Part shown: piece after piece, positions 51,301 to 64,000 of the stretch
Layout: each line of letters starts with the position of its first letter
How positions within the stretch are numbered: position 1 is the stretch's first letter
Assembly: GCA_002633005.1 (NCBI GenBank)
Contig: NMRA01000373.1
Coordinates: forward strand, 1-64,000
From: Phoronis australis
Lineage: Eukaryota; Animalia; Phoronida
Direction: 5' to 3'
DNA length: 64,000 nt
The notes under the pieces: model-generated
Databases searched by the model: none
Told to the model about the DNA's origin: nothing
What the model saw: only the letters and a program-made list of their open reading frames with translations
Program-made: the position numbers and the translations under genes

Positions 51301-54300
51301 AATGTTGTTCTGCTGTTATAGCTTGTTTAGTCGCCAGATGGCGTTACTGTTAACACGTTTTTACCCATGATGCTATTCTTCCGTTATGGCTGCTTATGGT
51401 AGTTTGGGATAGTTAATATAGTACTCAGTTATCGATTAACATCATTGTTATTTCCAAAGTTATCACATCTGCTATCAAGTTTCTTTTTCACTAAATTTTA
51501 CTAAAAAGTCAGTCAAATGACCCAATCGTAGATTGGTAGAAAGCGAAAGATCAAGTTCTGTTCTCAGCCTTTCTATTTTCAGACAAAGTTACATGGCAAA
51601 AATTTGGATAATTGTTGATAAGGTCCTACATAAACTTATTATAAACAGAAGCCAATTGCCAAGAAACAGACCCAAGATGAAATGTAGTCACCACTTTGCT
51701 TTCCCGCTGGTTCGAGGGGTTCGGTCAGTGGGAAAGACTGAAACTGCCACCACACTCAAAATAAATGGATAAAAGTGGATCAAAGTACAGTATAGCCAAA
51801 CTCCCTTGCAGGGTTAAATCTTAAAGGAAAACTATTTCCGAGAGATTGCAATGTGCAACACACACATTCAAGTAAGAAGTAAATCAGTTACGCCATCTGG
51901 AGTTTAATACGAAGAAGTATACAGCCAAAACTGAGGTGTCACTTGCCCGGCCAGAGAGACTTGATAGGAAAGGCAATGGAGTTACAATGGAGTTTCGACA
52001 GACCAGAAGTTCCCCAATGGGGAAACCATCACAGACATGTATTTCACTAGAGAGCCTGCCAACTTCCCCTGCAAGCCATGTTGTTTTTCTTCAACAGGTA
52101 AGGTGGCCAAATTATATGATTAGTGCAGACTGGAAGTCAATTTACCTGATACCCAGGAGTGTAGCCATCTGGTCACCATTGTATTGTCGCTCAACAGATG
52201 GTTTTTTATAGATAACCACACAGCTACTGACATAATCTTTTACCAAAAATATCTCTGGGGCCAGACCTTGTTTGCTAATATTCCTTATCACAGTATCATT
52301 AAATGTGTATTAAACAAAAGGTAAATTGTTGGCCTGCTTTGGTTTTTCTGGTATACTCGACTGCATGCAGCTCCGCATTCAATGACAAATACTCAAAAGC
52401 TCAGTTAAGTTCCCCATATCACATTAGTGCATTCACTAGGGCTTTTCAAGCTGGTGGTACCGTTATGTTTTGCTGGTAGCAACTGTTTGGCTGTGTCCCT
52501 GAAGGGGTAATGTACACACTAAGACCCCTCCCTTCGTAGATCTGCCGCAAAGGTTGGGTCACAAAGTATGCTGAACACTTTCATTATGCTTGATGAACTT
52601 GTGGGCTAGATGTTACATTTTTGTCAATATTGAGATCCACCTTGAGAGATTTACTCACCTAGCTGTGGTTAATGTGATGCTAAGCTCAGTGTCTACTTAA
52701 CGTTGTTAATAGCGCCTACCTGACAACCCTCCGTGGACCAGTCGTTGACGACCTTGTCAAAATACTGACACGCTGCACTAAACACTTGGACAGAATAGTT
52801 GACTATGACAAACTGAACTCCATTCAAGTCCGCCAGGGTAATATTCTGCCAATGTTTGCCAATTAGGCTTGATGAGTTGACGGCTCTCACGCCAAAGTAG
52901 AAATCTTTCCGTTCAGTTCTGAAATGACATCACATGACAACACATAGCATCACCATATGGCTTTCAACTGTTAGCTGAGGTGATACTTTAATGCACCAGA
53001 AAGGCCAAACAGAGTGGCTAAATTTCCATTGGCCAGGAAGGCAGGAACCCCAGTTCTGGAACTATATGTCGGAGCAGATGCATACTTTTAACTCCCCACA
53101 GATATGGACTGTTTCTCCATCACAGAATACTTCCTAGCAGATTTTGGTACACATCTGAGTCAACTGGATTGAGCAATACAACTGCAGCGCCCTCAGTTGC
53201 TAAAAGGTACAACACCAAGGCAGCAAAAGTGACTGGAACTCACAACTTCTCAACTGCGAGCCCACCATCCACAGAGCCTCATCACCATTGCTATAAGCTA
53301 AAGGGATAACTTTCTGAATAAATTCATGGTTGCCCATCACCCAACACCGTCACAGTCAGTTTGATCAGGTCCTCACGGCACGTGATTGCCCTTAGCACAT
53401 TGTTGCCAATTGTGCAACAATATGTTTCTTTACAGATATGATGTGGTGTATCGATGTCATAAAAACTTGCACTATTTTCCTAAATATTTTAAATACACAT
53501 TACAAAACCTCACGCTTGGTTTCAACTCCAGGCCAGCAACAATGGTTTCCAAATTTAGGCTAAGGCCAGATATCAAATCTAGTCCACTAAACTCTAACAA
53601 ATCACTTTCATCAACGGGAATCAGAGAAATGAAACTCAATGCATCTAGTTTTCACGGTTCAATTTCAATGTATTTCTTTGGGTAGAAGTGATTTTAACCT
53701 CAGAAATTAAATTTCATTAAGCCAAACATTTCGAAAACCATCAGTTTTTGTCCATAATATATCAGCCTATTTCAGCCAATTGAATGTTTTATTACAATGA
53801 AGCCATTGCTGATGTAGTAATTTGCTCTACTCAACACAGAAGGACCTTAAATAAGCATTCCTGGTACACAAGCTTCTTGGCAACAAGGATTCTTAAACAA
53901 ATCTGTTGACGAAATACAAAAAGGAATGAAACGGGTTTCTCACTTACAATTTCAGTAGAACATTATCGATGAAACACTTGGGCGTGACTGTCAAGTTTTT
54001 GTCTCCACTCATCAATGGGTTCACTAGACATGAGTAATCATAATCTGTCTCGGACCCTTCCTTTCCCGCCTTGATGAAAATGACGAAAATGATGACATCG
54101 TCAGAATTGGATATATTTGTTTGTGTTGAGTTTGTCGTGCTATTACTGTACATCGATGAATTATTATAATGACCGCCACGCACAACTGTTGAGTTTCCTT
54201 TGCCATTGCTTTGGAAAGACGTGGCATTTTCAACGTCACCAAGCTGTGGCGCAGCAGTCATTGGCAACATGGTGGAGATGGTCGCATTATTTGTCATTGG

Positions 54301-57300
54301 GTCAGTTGTGGCATTTCCAGTCATGTTTAGAATTGTGGAATTTGACAGTTCCACTGTTGAAGTCAAGGTCGTCTCTTCCCCGGTGTCATTGCAACTTCCA
54401 GCTGCTACCAGAATTACGAAGGAGGACTGTGGCGGCAATATAGTTCTGTGTACGATCATGTGATCTTGACTGGGACGTGTTAAGCCGCACACTGGTTCCA
54501 ATGGTTTGGCATTCTTTTGCTACAAATAGGAAAAATTCACACCTGGTGAGTGTCACTGGTGATAACTGTAACTTGTATACTAAAGTGAAGGCAGACCACC
54601 AAGTCCCTCAAGATGTCACTCACTACCAAAATTGAACCAATAAGAGCAGTTCGTGTGCACTGGAATCCATCTTGCGTAGATAGTTTTAAACGCTCAAGAT
54701 CAATAATTACACTTTATTGCCCGTACGTACTGATTCTTTATCATGTAAATGTATAGAATACATTGTATACCCATAACGTTTAGCAGCCCTGATATACAAA
54801 CAAAAGCTGGGTACCTGAATGAACACTTCTATCCGCTGATTGTCTGGCAGATCCTTCACTTTAGTAACGTTGCCCAGATCATTATGCACTTCCATGCTGA
54901 TTACTCCGCTGGTGATGTTTACAGATCTTGCTGAAAATGTGAAAGGATTGCTTGGTTGGAAGACCACCTAGAAAAAAAAGACTTTTATTAGATGTCAGAT
55001 GAACTCACATAAACTTAAGCCATGTAAGTCTGAATCATTAAATTAATTGAGGCATACATAGAGGTACGGTACCTCAGCCTCACAACTAAGAGACTAGCTT
55101 TATATTCGGATTCTGTTCTACCAGGCAAGGGTAAAACATTATATGTGTGGTAATGAGAGATCTTCAAGTAGAAAATTAATGTATATAATCTGGTTTGAAA
55201 ATTAAAATCAAAATCAAACTAATATCTAAACGTACTAAGCTTTCGTAGTAATAAGCCGTGCTGTTGCCTTGATTGAAGATGTCGCCGTTGGTGACTTGAG
55301 GAAGAACAAACTGGCTCCCCCCTTCATCAGCAGAGAGCATCTTATTCGACAAGGCAGCAGCATAGTTCTTTGCCACAGAATAGGAGAGTGACTTAGACTC
55401 AATGATAGTAGCTGTCTCACCAATCACCTTGATGTCGGAGATAGTTTTACTGACAGTGTCAATTGCAGCCATAAGCTCTTTCACCTGAGAAAAATGACAC
55501 CAGACTTCAGATAGCTAATATCTGAACTTAAATTCAACAATGTGTCAATTAAAGCTGTTATAAACAACGTCCTCGTGTTAAAAACATCAAATTTTTTTGC
55601 AGGTGCATTTGCACTTACTAAGCAACTTGGTTACCGTGTTTTACCTTATGTTTAAATTGGAAGTGGTTACAATGGTTGCCGCTAATGTCTTTGATAGCTG
55701 TTACTCCCACGGCGCTTGAAATTACTCTAAGTGACCAGCAAAGGCCTTTTTTTGGCCATTAACCGATTGTGCCCGGCTTTTAATTAAATGTTGCAAACTT
55801 TTGGGCTTTCAAACGCATTGAATTTCATTCTCGCTTCAAGGTCAAAACTGAATTATTTTTTCAAGACCAGTCTTCCCAGATTTACGCTATTTTGTACGTG
55901 GTGTGCAGTTTAAGCAGGATCTGGGTTCTGTTTCATGAAAAGTGACTTTTCAGTCTTAAAAGACTTAAGACATACAGTTGGTTTTGCGTTCCATATAACT
56001 ATTTCAGGAAAATGATTAAATGTTGATTCTGAGCAAAAGTAGTGCCTCTGAGAATATGCACAAATCTGTTACTAAATTTAACTTCACTTTTGAATTATTT
56101 CTAGACTGTGAAATGCTCATATCACATTTTGATGATAGACCGACCCGAAAAACCTGACCTCATTTTTCGGTCGGTGGAAATTTCTGAGAAAACCACAAAC
56201 TTTTGTTTGGCTACTAACATGAAATTTCACAGTTCACCTAGTATACATATTACCTGATGGCGTTAAGTTCCACTGCCAGACTAAGAGTAATCATGTTTAT
56301 TGCCCCTACAGCCCGAATGGATAATAAACTCTTGAAATCGCTGATAAAAGCGTGTCAAGTTATAGTCCCTGTAACCCCTGAGATTCTATCAGTCACATTT
56401 CGCGTTAGGATAATTTCATGACAAAGCTTTTCAGGAACAGTGCAATAGGAGTGTACGACCAAATTTCTGATGGTCTTGAGCCATATTCATGAAGCAGGCA
56501 CCAGAATCAAAAGCAACTGCACAGAAATAGAGTGCCAGAAATCTGAATTAGGCCATGAGACGCCATCAACTGCTTGCACACAGGAATTGTACAGACAGTA
56601 AACGTCACACAAAGTTCAGAGAGATGCAGCTGTGTTCATTTGGTAAATATTATAACAGGACTTGAACATTTTCCTTTCAGACAAGCATACAACCAAGTCC
56701 TTGCACTCTATCCATTCACGTGCTTTGAGCAATTACATGATGGGCAGTAGGTCTAGCACACCAGTACACATGCATTGGTCAAAATTCATGGATGGCCATT
56801 TAGCTGACCGTGGGTGTTCACCTGAATGTAGCATTCAACATTTTAAAATAATTTAATACGTAAAGATAAATGTGCTCCAAAAGACTGAAAAATGTAACTT
56901 CAAGTAAAATGGCTGGAACTGGCATCAGAAGAAAATCATGAAATTCATTGTTGTAAAACTTACTAAAAGTAGTTTACTTTACAGGCCTTGACACCAAGTC
57001 TTATACATCCCATAGCATTTGCATAGGCACAGCCACATTAGCGGCCAGCCTTGGCATCTCCAATCAGGTAATCCAGTGCATGGGATGCCGGAAATCTGAT
57101 GCACTAAAAAAACTACACCCGCATCCCCTTGACCATCAGGCATATCAGACCTCCCACAGGGCCTGTTGTTTGAGCTCCCCATTTTTCACCCTTTACTTTT
57201 CAGCCTCCTCCCACTACCACGAGTCTATGGTTTTAAAGCACATCATCGTTTTTTCCCACCCCCCGATAAGAATTGTTGTTGCAGCCTACCTCCTCTCCTG

Positions 57301-60300
57301 CGCAGGTCTGTTGGTGCAGCCAGCGTCCCAAATGTCTGACGTTGCAGCCTTTGCAAATTCTAGTTAGTAGTACTACATACATTTTATCTCAGGTTTCATT
57401 GTTAACTTTCAGTTTTTATTATTTTACTATAATAGTTCTGTGCATAGCCTACTGTTGTTATTGCCCGGGTTATGCTTCCTCGGATGGGCGATGTCAGTAT
57501 TCCCAAACATCCATCACGGCATTTTATCCATGCCCATCTTACAGAGTCTTATTTAGTTCTTCTACTTATGTCATAATAAATGACATTATTTGCAAACATC
57601 ATCTTCTTACTCTGCAACTTGTGGCGCACCCTGGGCAAAATAGATTACGATAAATGAAAATCAGGCATAATCCTAATCACTAATCAAACTATCTTACCTC
57701 AATTTCAATGGCAGTTGCATTGGTTTCTTCCTTGTTCGTAAGTGAGTAACGAGCACAATTTATTAAATTTCCTAGAAAAGATTACGTTGAATATTCGTAC
57801 AAAGGATCTCCAAAAATAAATTGGCTGCACAACAATCGAGCAATCAGCATAAATGTTTATAATTATAATATTTAAGTAAATATTAAAATACATTCAAATT
57901 CTGTAAAACATTCAACTGGATGCAAACACATAAAAATAGTATTTGATTACAAAAATTGTTATCATTACTATCAAATGAATATCATGATTATAATGATTAC
58001 TATTATTATTACTATAACAGGTTACTCTCCTAGTAGTCTTCAAACATTTTTGTACCTGTGAAAGATGTGAGCAAAGTCGAGATCATTTCAAGGTCGCCAG
58101 AATCCATTTCCATGTTTGCTCCTTCGTTGATCAGGTGTTCCAACAGGGAGTCATAAAGTCCATGCAACTTTTTCTGTAACAAACACAAATTTCTTTCACC
58201 GTGCAATAAAACAGTCTCATGATCATGAGTAATTTATGTTTGACATACGTCCCGATGACGAGAGATACATAACATTAGCTCTGTTTCTAAAGATGAAAGG
58301 GAGACCAAAAGTTGGAGAAATAAAAGAGATCATTTACTATCAATGACAAAATAGCAGTACAAAGTACAGAAAGATCTATAATTATATCAAATATGTAAAA
58401 TATGAACCCCTTGACAGATCAAAAGAAAAAATGCTGCTTTGAAAGTCAGGTAGAGCATGTAATCAAGTTTATAGCAATGTTTCAAATCAAATTTATCTAC
58501 ATTATAGATTTGTACCAGAAAATATTTGGAGATCAAAAAAACAAACTTCATAGCACACTGTTCATCCCTTACTTTTTAAATTAAATCAATTTTAAATACT
58601 GGCTAATGATATGGGCAGTACTCTTCTAGTTTTTACTCACCCTGAACTGTTCAATCACGTGATAACACAATTAGGCATGTCAAGTATAGGATTGCGAGGT
58701 GACCTCCATTCAAATTCTTTTAGAACATTAATTTAGTATTACGATAAAAATTCCAATTTGACAGTTATGTGTACAAGCCAAAAATTCATCTGCTCGTTAA
58801 CATTTGGGCAACTATAGTCAACACTGATGATTAAGTAATATATTGAACCCTTACAGCTGAAAAGTCTAATTAATGCTAAACACCGTAGAGCCGTACAACC
58901 TGTGATTTTCTGCTAATGACTTCAAACGGCATGGACAGCTTCTCCCCAGCTGATGCAGTGCTTTTCATAGAGTAGAAGTCGTCCACCGAATTATGACCAA
59001 AGATGGCATCACTGCATATGTCGAGAATCTGGAGACAGTACAATCAGTGAGGAATGGGTAATAAGACAGCATTACTGAAGATAAGTTGGTGGTTGTTTAA
59101 ACACTAGGGTCAAAGGTCAATTACGTACAAAACACAGGAATACGTTTATAATATATTCCAGGTTCTTTCAAAGAATGAAATCTACTATGTTTCTGCCAAG
59201 TAGTGGGCAACCACGAAAGAAAGATCAGTGCTGACTTCATCTTCTAGCCATAGAATTTATCGTGATTGTTTTTAAAGGGCTCCAGTTGAATGGTCATTAC
59301 TCTCATTTTTTGAAAAAATTTCAGCATTTTCATGTTCAAACATCTGTTGGCTTCCCAGCAACTGGTTGTATTGTTCAGCGTCAAACAAGTGAGCACGTAA
59401 CATTAATTAAACGCCTGCAAAATCTATGATAGGTCTAGTTACAAGTGGGACGTTTAATCACCAAATAGTTCCGTAGTCATGCAGGTCCAGGATGACAGGA
59501 ACAATTAAACTTTCAACTCTAGCAACAGATACTTTAAGTATGACCAAACTTCAGTATCGGGAACCAGATTCCGTGGCCGCACCTCTAAATTCCAGCTGTG
59601 GACCCAAGGTGCGGTCATGAAATCTGATGCCTGGGTTGGAGATGGACATTTTCAGTAGGTGTGCGAGAGTGTGCATGCGTGCGTGTATGTGTGCTTGTGC
59701 ATATGTGTGTGTGTGCATGTGTGTGCATATATGTGTGTGCATACGTGTGGAGATTAGTCGTGCAGATCTATAGATTTGTGCCTTGGGTTGGTGTCTACTG
59801 GTCCGGGATCAAAGATTACTAGGAGATTGTCAAAGCTGGAATTTTGAAGTGCAGTATGTTGTGGAACTGATTCGATCCCTTTCGTATTACGGGTGACAAA
59901 TTATATTAGCAGCAGCAAGCACTAAATGTGATTCTGGTTAGATTAAGCAAGCTTTGGCAATGGATCATTACAACTTTTATTCTAAGGCCATGCAATTATC
60001 TACCACAGTTCAAGGTGTTACTAAAACGAGTGCCAGAGAACTCAAACCTAACACATCTATTGGTTAAAAAGTTGTTGTATTTACTTTGAGTAAGTGATCC
60101 AGGGCTAACACTTCACAAGGAATTCAATTTCTGAAGCACACAAAATTTCATTGTATTTTTATTAGTCAATGTCATACTGATTTGAAGTCACTGGTAATGC
60201 GGTAATTGTTCTGTTCCCACAAAAGATTAGAAAGTGTTCATGATTAACAGACTTCTAGTTGACAACAGTGACTCTTGCACAAATCTAATGGCAAAGTATA

Positions 60301-63300
60301 AGGTGCCGTGAAATGGAAATTTTCTAAAAATGTGAACACACGATGAACTAGCGAGACAACAGTATAGCATTATGTCAATACAATAAACACACTCAGTCAA
60401 GGGACACTTCCTATATATAATATAGAAATGTTTTCAGGATTGTAATTTTGAAGAAAGAATGGAACAGGTCAAACAAACCTGTATAGCTGTGTTGGCCGTG
60501 TGCTGCCGAATGGTCTCATTGTCTGATGCTTGTAAGTAATAGTTGCAGACATCACCAATGACAGACACTAGCTGTACCAGAGACTCCGAGTCACCTTGCA
60601 CCTGGAACTTCTCCAACAGGCTGTCAGAGCCAATCACATAGGGTTTAACATCATCCAGAGTGTTGAAGTCATACACAACCTTTGAAGAAATAAGGTTACA
60701 TACATAGTTAAAAGGTGAAGATTTCAATGAATTTTGAAAGTCAATGGTCAAAGGTTAAACAGGTAATGTTTCATAAAAGCACAACAATAATACAAAAACC
60801 TCCTGTTTGGTTTCAAATCCAGACAACAGCAGTTTCAATCTAGTCCACTGTTAAGAATTTCCATGCACTTTTGAGCAGCATAACAACCCATGGCCCATGC
60901 TTCAAAGAGTTACTAAAACCATTCATCACTGGTTACCACAGAACTGATAACTAACACATAAATTTTTGGCAAACCACTGAACCTATCATAACTTTTCACT
61001 AATAATTGAATTTCAGAAGCCTCACAGTGAAAAATCACCAGTTTTAGTCCATGTCGTGAACACATCCACTAAAACAAGAAACTGTAGGAACATGGCATTT
61101 ATCCACCTTCACTCTTATCAGGCTTCTATTGTGAGTCAGCATGCGTGAATAATTGGCTGATAAGCCACCTCTGGAACTACTTTTGGCTGAATGGATGACC
61201 AGGCCATAAAATGATAATATTAGCCAAGACCAGTTACTAATGCAACAAAGAATAATGTCGTAGTATCACCTAGCCTTGGTGGAAAGCTGTATACTGTATT
61301 GGCTCTAATAAACGCTTAGAAAAAATCATTTCACGGGGAGGGGATTCTTATTGTAGCCTACGGCAGTTGAAAGCCGGTTTCCCAAACGGGTAAAATCGGA
61401 AGCTAGGATTCATAAAATTTACGCTTTGTGACGAATTTTTAGCCTATGACAGTCTTTCTACAAAATTGTGGTGCATTGCTATGAACTTCCGTTGTTAAAT
61501 TACGATAATTTTTCAAAAAATTGTGCTCATCACAGGGCGAAAACTTGCCGACTGATGCGTCGCCGCTGAATCGCCATCGTCAATAGGAAAACTTGTACTC
61601 TTGAATAAAAATATAGTTTCGACTCAACAAATTACCTGAAATCTTCCTGATGTTTTACAATTTTTAAAGTTCATGTGGAGTCCAGATTAATTGCGATTAA
61701 GTCCAAATGTGCGCTACATCGTACTCCACAACAAGAGAAAAATCTCTGGATGAACACACATGTTGTTGTCACGTGACGTTTGTTTTGAAGGTCGTCTGTG
61801 TATGAGAGTGAGTGAGCGTGCGTGTGCGGGTCATCGACGATAGACTTTTTTGTTACAAAAGGCGGAGGATTATGCAAGAAAATGGCGTTTACTAGATTGT
61901 TTTTCACTTAAACGGCTGTAACGTGCAAGGTGAGTGCTGGTTAACTCACAGATTTTGTGTGCACAGGCCGACTGTCGTTAGCTCTGCCGTGGAGTATTAA
62001 TAGTCCAAGGCTCGATCTACATGTTGGGGACGAAATGAACTACCCGGGCTGTGTGAAATTTCTGGGTCTAACGGAGACACTGACGCAGTGGTCAGCCAGC
62101 TCGCTGTATCAAGACTATAGTCAAAATCCAAATTCGTTTTATCGTGTCCCTGTCAATAATAACGGCATGCTAAAGCCTTCTTAATTTTCGTACTTCAGGA
62201 ACATAACAATCACGTGTTTTGTACACATACGCGCACGCCGCAGATCACATCTCGGAAATTGCCGATTTGACGGATGACAATGAATGAACACAATGAAATT
62301 AACAACGTCGTTTTACAGCTTGTAAGATTCATAATAAACGTACGTACTTTGAATATTGCAATGCATGTGTTCCAAAATCTAAATAACTTGGGTCCTATAT
62401 TTTTGAATTAGTGCGCGCCGAATGAAAGTAATCGTGAGTGTTGCTGTGTTGCAAAATCTCTTATCCTGGGCCGATTTGAAAATTCAAAGTTGTACTCATA
62501 TTTGTTTTCGCTCCTCTTTTCAAATATTACAGTAAAAACTACGTAAAACTCTCTCCATAAAAAGAACAGTCTGCTAGCTAGATTGTAATCAGCTGATCAT
62601 ATCCGCATGAGCGAAGCCAATTATCCTCGCTCGTGACTCGATGACTAGAGCACCTTGGCGGCATCCCTTTGATCGGGAGCCGAGTGCGACTCAGCCAAGG
62701 TGGATAAATACGGTCTAGTTCAATTTTCCATACCCCACCGTTTACCTTAACCACTGGGGTTAGGACCAATCTTATTTAGTGGGAATGTTCATAGCATGGT
62801 CCATGATATATCACAGTGTTTTATAGCTGTGAAGTCCTCGCTAATGCCATAATTGCTCTACTCCTCATAACACGACCTTAGATTGGATTTCCTGAAAAAA
62901 AGCAGCATGACTTGTTGTACAAATAGGATGAAGTACATGTATAAGGTACCATGGCACGAGCCGAGTTTCTAACGATTTAATGTCAACAGAATGTTGCAGT
63001 CGCACAAGATGTACAGGGACAAAAACTTGTAGCTGAAGACAATAACTCTACTGTATGGACTGAATGTACCAGCCTCTATACTAACATCTGAGTTTTCTTG
63101 GAGAACCTGATGTTTCAACTCTGTCAAATGGTACAGTCACAAAGAAATCAACCAATAATACGAGAGAACACGTAACGTTACACCTACATTTCCAGCTAGC
63201 GGGTGGCGAGGAATACAAATATCCCAAAGAACTCTAACCGTAACAAGATCGACTGGCATGTAGACAGTACCTTCACTGTATGCTCTACATCAGAGAAGGA

Positions 63301-63401
63301 TCCAATGCTGTCGATAACACGAACGATGATGAACACATTGTGGTTATTGGATTCTAGTCCAGCTGGCAGTCTTATGGGTTGACTTGACTGAGGTTGAGTA
63401 T
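27353..63401 (-). CDS. Polycystin-1-like (PKD1L2/PKDREJ-type) protein: REJ, GAIN/GPS, TM1, PLAT and polycystin cation-channel domains; 5' part probably beyond the window
   Basis: 24 GT-AG exons joined in frame by hand (5303 nt): 63401-63271, 60679-60479, 59028-58900, 58173-58056, 57771-57698, 55484-55236, 54967-54815, 54519-53948, 52918-52720, 50782-50558, 50023-49779, 49344-49212, 48549-47665, 47157-46940, 46110-45906, 40835-40670, 40224-40105, 34467-34183, 33753-33590, 32066-31908, 30166-29911, 28460-28265, 27953-27877, 27495-27353 (last acceptor less certain). Motifs: REJ LPAGLESNNHNV; GPS CQYFD...WSTEGCQ...THCHCNHLTSF; PLAT YEITLWTGFR..GGTTAKV, RVWHDNSGKSPSWF, WLAVEEDDG; HLWFSV..RPPRSTFTRVQRVTCC; RLRQLR; YYGGGGY; WLDLHTRAVFVEF.LYNANLNL; FILINLMVSIINESF. 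Confidence 0.95.
28644..29749. repeat. Near-identical 553 bp direct duplication separated by a single 'n' (probable unmerged contig or haplotype overlap)
   Basis: 28644-29195 matches 29197-29749 apart from about 4 differences; the junction falls exactly on the n at 29196. Confidence 0.9.
31700..31880 (+). repeat. Dispersed intronic repeat family; other copies at ~39390-39590 (+) and ~51030-51160 (-)
   Basis: Shared AAGTGGAACATTTTAAAAACAA...TGAAAG...GATCAGCCA in all three; the third copy is inverted. Confidence 0.6.
36028..36330. repeat. Degenerate internal repeats GGTAACA..TTG..TGTT.ACTTCAGTTTAC (3-4 copies)
   Basis: Copies near 36028, 36112 and 36181, partial at ~36308, upstream of the gag-like ORF. 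Confidence 0.6.
37130..38040 (+). pseudogene. Frameshifted tyrosine recombinase of the DIRS/Ngaro element
   Basis: Split over ORFs 36519-37283, 37241-37867 and 37587-38099. The catalytic HSFR box reads YSFG and GRW reads GCW; the first Arg (LRVSE) and the Tyr (TYIR) are retained. Confidence 0.85.
38272..38650. repeat. Two-copy ~188 bp tandem duplication at the 3' end of the recombinase element
   Basis: GTCTTCC(A/G)CGGCTATAAGCAATACTGTATAG...AGTCCTTTTCAATTG starts at 38272 and again at 38460. Confidence 0.9.
39731..39825. repeat. 32 bp minisatellite, 3 copies
   Basis: CTCTGAGCCTGTGGTATTTACCCACA(A/G)TGCTC at 39731, 39763 and 39795. Confidence 0.9.
41239..43935. mobile_element. Possible outer hAT-like non-autonomous element (CAGGG...CCCTG ends) hosting the Tc1/mariner-type element
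   Basis: CAGGG start with repeated ACTCGCC/GGCGAG motifs and a GTCGAGCCCTG end. TIR identity is weak and no 8 bp TSD was found. Confidence 0.35.
42230..43762. mobile_element. Non-autonomous Tc1/mariner (pogo-like) DNA transposon, ~1.53 kb
   Basis: 25 bp TIRs CCGTATTC(G/A)CCGTAATAACCGCCCA with one mismatch, TA on both flanks, sub-terminal GGGGGGCGCTTAT at both ends, no transposase ORF. Confidence 0.9.
45030..45420 (-). mobile_element. Non-LTR retrotransposon (LINE) AP-endonuclease fragment, decayed
   Basis: Minus-strand translation KLMDELMESDIIGIREIWAKE...KRA*YDRYSGIVVVFVK...ILYILTYVVPESS...LEENISEI fits the DII.(L)xExW, SGG..VFVK and YxPP motifs of LINE endonucleases; truncated. Confidence 0.7.
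46164..46315. repeat. ~28-32 bp minisatellite, 5 copies
   Basis: GAATGAACAGAGGGATGACTGG(CTGG)TT at ~46164, 46195, 46223, 46255 and 46287. Confidence 0.85.
48591..48687 (-). mobile_element. Probable 3' tail of a non-LTR element with an (ATT)n end
   Basis: Minus strand reads GACCATGCTGGATATTAGCCTTTGGCTAAAGCATG (stem-loop), then AATAAA and an (ATT)n run. Confidence 0.45.
53000..53290 (-). mobile_element. Possible decayed tRNA-derived SINE
   Basis: Minus strand begins with degenerate A/B-box-like GGCTCTGTGGATGGT...GTGAGTTCCAGTC followed by a SINE-like body; heavily diverged. Confidence 0.3.
59657..59750. repeat. Imperfect (GT/GC/AT)n purine-pyrimidine microsatellite
   Basis: GTGTGCATGCGTGCGTGTATGTGTG... 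run. Confidence 0.85.
61292..62390 (+). mobile_element. Diverged relative of the 42230-43762 element (right boundary uncertain)
   Basis: Colinear matches over ~61310-61830: CGCTTAGAAAA, AAACGGGT.AAATCGGAAGCTA.GATTCAT, GTGGTGCATTGCTAT, TTGAATAAAAATA.AGTTT, GAACACACATGTTGTTGTCACGTGACGTTTG. Left TIR is eroded (TACTGTATTGGCTCTAATAAACGC). Confidence 0.7.
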
Positions 63402-64000
63402 CTAAGCGACAGAAACTGAGAATTATGTGGGGGGGTAATGTTCTTCAAATTCCTAATTTATTTTTGAAAGAGTGCAGAAATAGTCATCTTTCAAATTTCT
63501 GACATACTACAGTCATAAAAGTTTCACACTTTGATCGTAGCAAGATGATAATTTTTTCTCAATAATTTTTACCAGAATTTCACGACAAATAAAATTTCCC
63601 TTGTATGCCATTTTTTGTTCACATTCGAAACAGATTTTCCACTTGATTGCAACAAACACAACAGCAACTCAGAGCCGTTATGTACCCATGTTGTGGAATG
63701 AGTAACCTGGTGGCCTCATGGGGCCTGCGAGGCTACAGCTGTGTCCTTATCAGTTTGACAGTGGCAAACCAACATAGTCCAGCTCTCTTATTGTCTGCTT
63801 CCATGTGATAAGTTCACGGAATCCAGCAATTACGTTGCTAACAGCACGACTGACGCTAACCCAAATACTATTTGCAAACGACTTTCAACAAATGTCATGA
63901 AGCAGATGTGTTTTGTATGAAATACTTCCACCAAAAAAAAACTTTGAATGGAGAAAATCGGTTGACTTTCAAAGAAATTAGTCTTAGTTTTCACCCCTTG

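Noticed and set aside
1-64000. tRNA, rRNA or snRNA genes
   Set aside because: None recognised by eye; only degenerate B-box-like words in probable SINE relics. A covariance-model scan would be needed to exclude small RNAs.

Overview
AT-rich, intron-rich animal genomic DNA, probably a marine invertebrate (inferred from gene and transposon types). Three spliced genes can be built by hand: (1) a minus-strand Ser/Thr/Pro-rich gene of unknown function (4 coding exons at 2488-7329, 3' end not found); (2) a complete plus-strand 3-exon MGMT (O6-alkylguanine-DNA alkyltransferase, 195 aa, PCHRV active site); (3) the 3' ~1766 codons of a minus-strand polycystin-1-like gene (REJ, GAIN/GPS, PLAT, channel; 24 phase-consistent exons at 27353-63401, 5' end probably outside the window). 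Introns and intergenic DNA hold a decayed BEL/Pao integrase, an internally deleted DIRS/Ngaro-type tyrosine-recombinase retroelement, a LINE endonuclease fragment, several MITEs and minisatellites. The most striking signal is three copies of a 1.3-1.6 kb non-autonomous Helentron/DINE-like element around MGMT. Their ~130-160 bp central repeat units each carry a CTCF-consensus-like motif (GCCACTAGRKGGCRC), about 29 sites in total, and the units form a 3-mer higher-order repeat. A 553 bp duplication around an 'n' looks like an assembly overlap. Coordinates were read by eye and may be off by a few bases.
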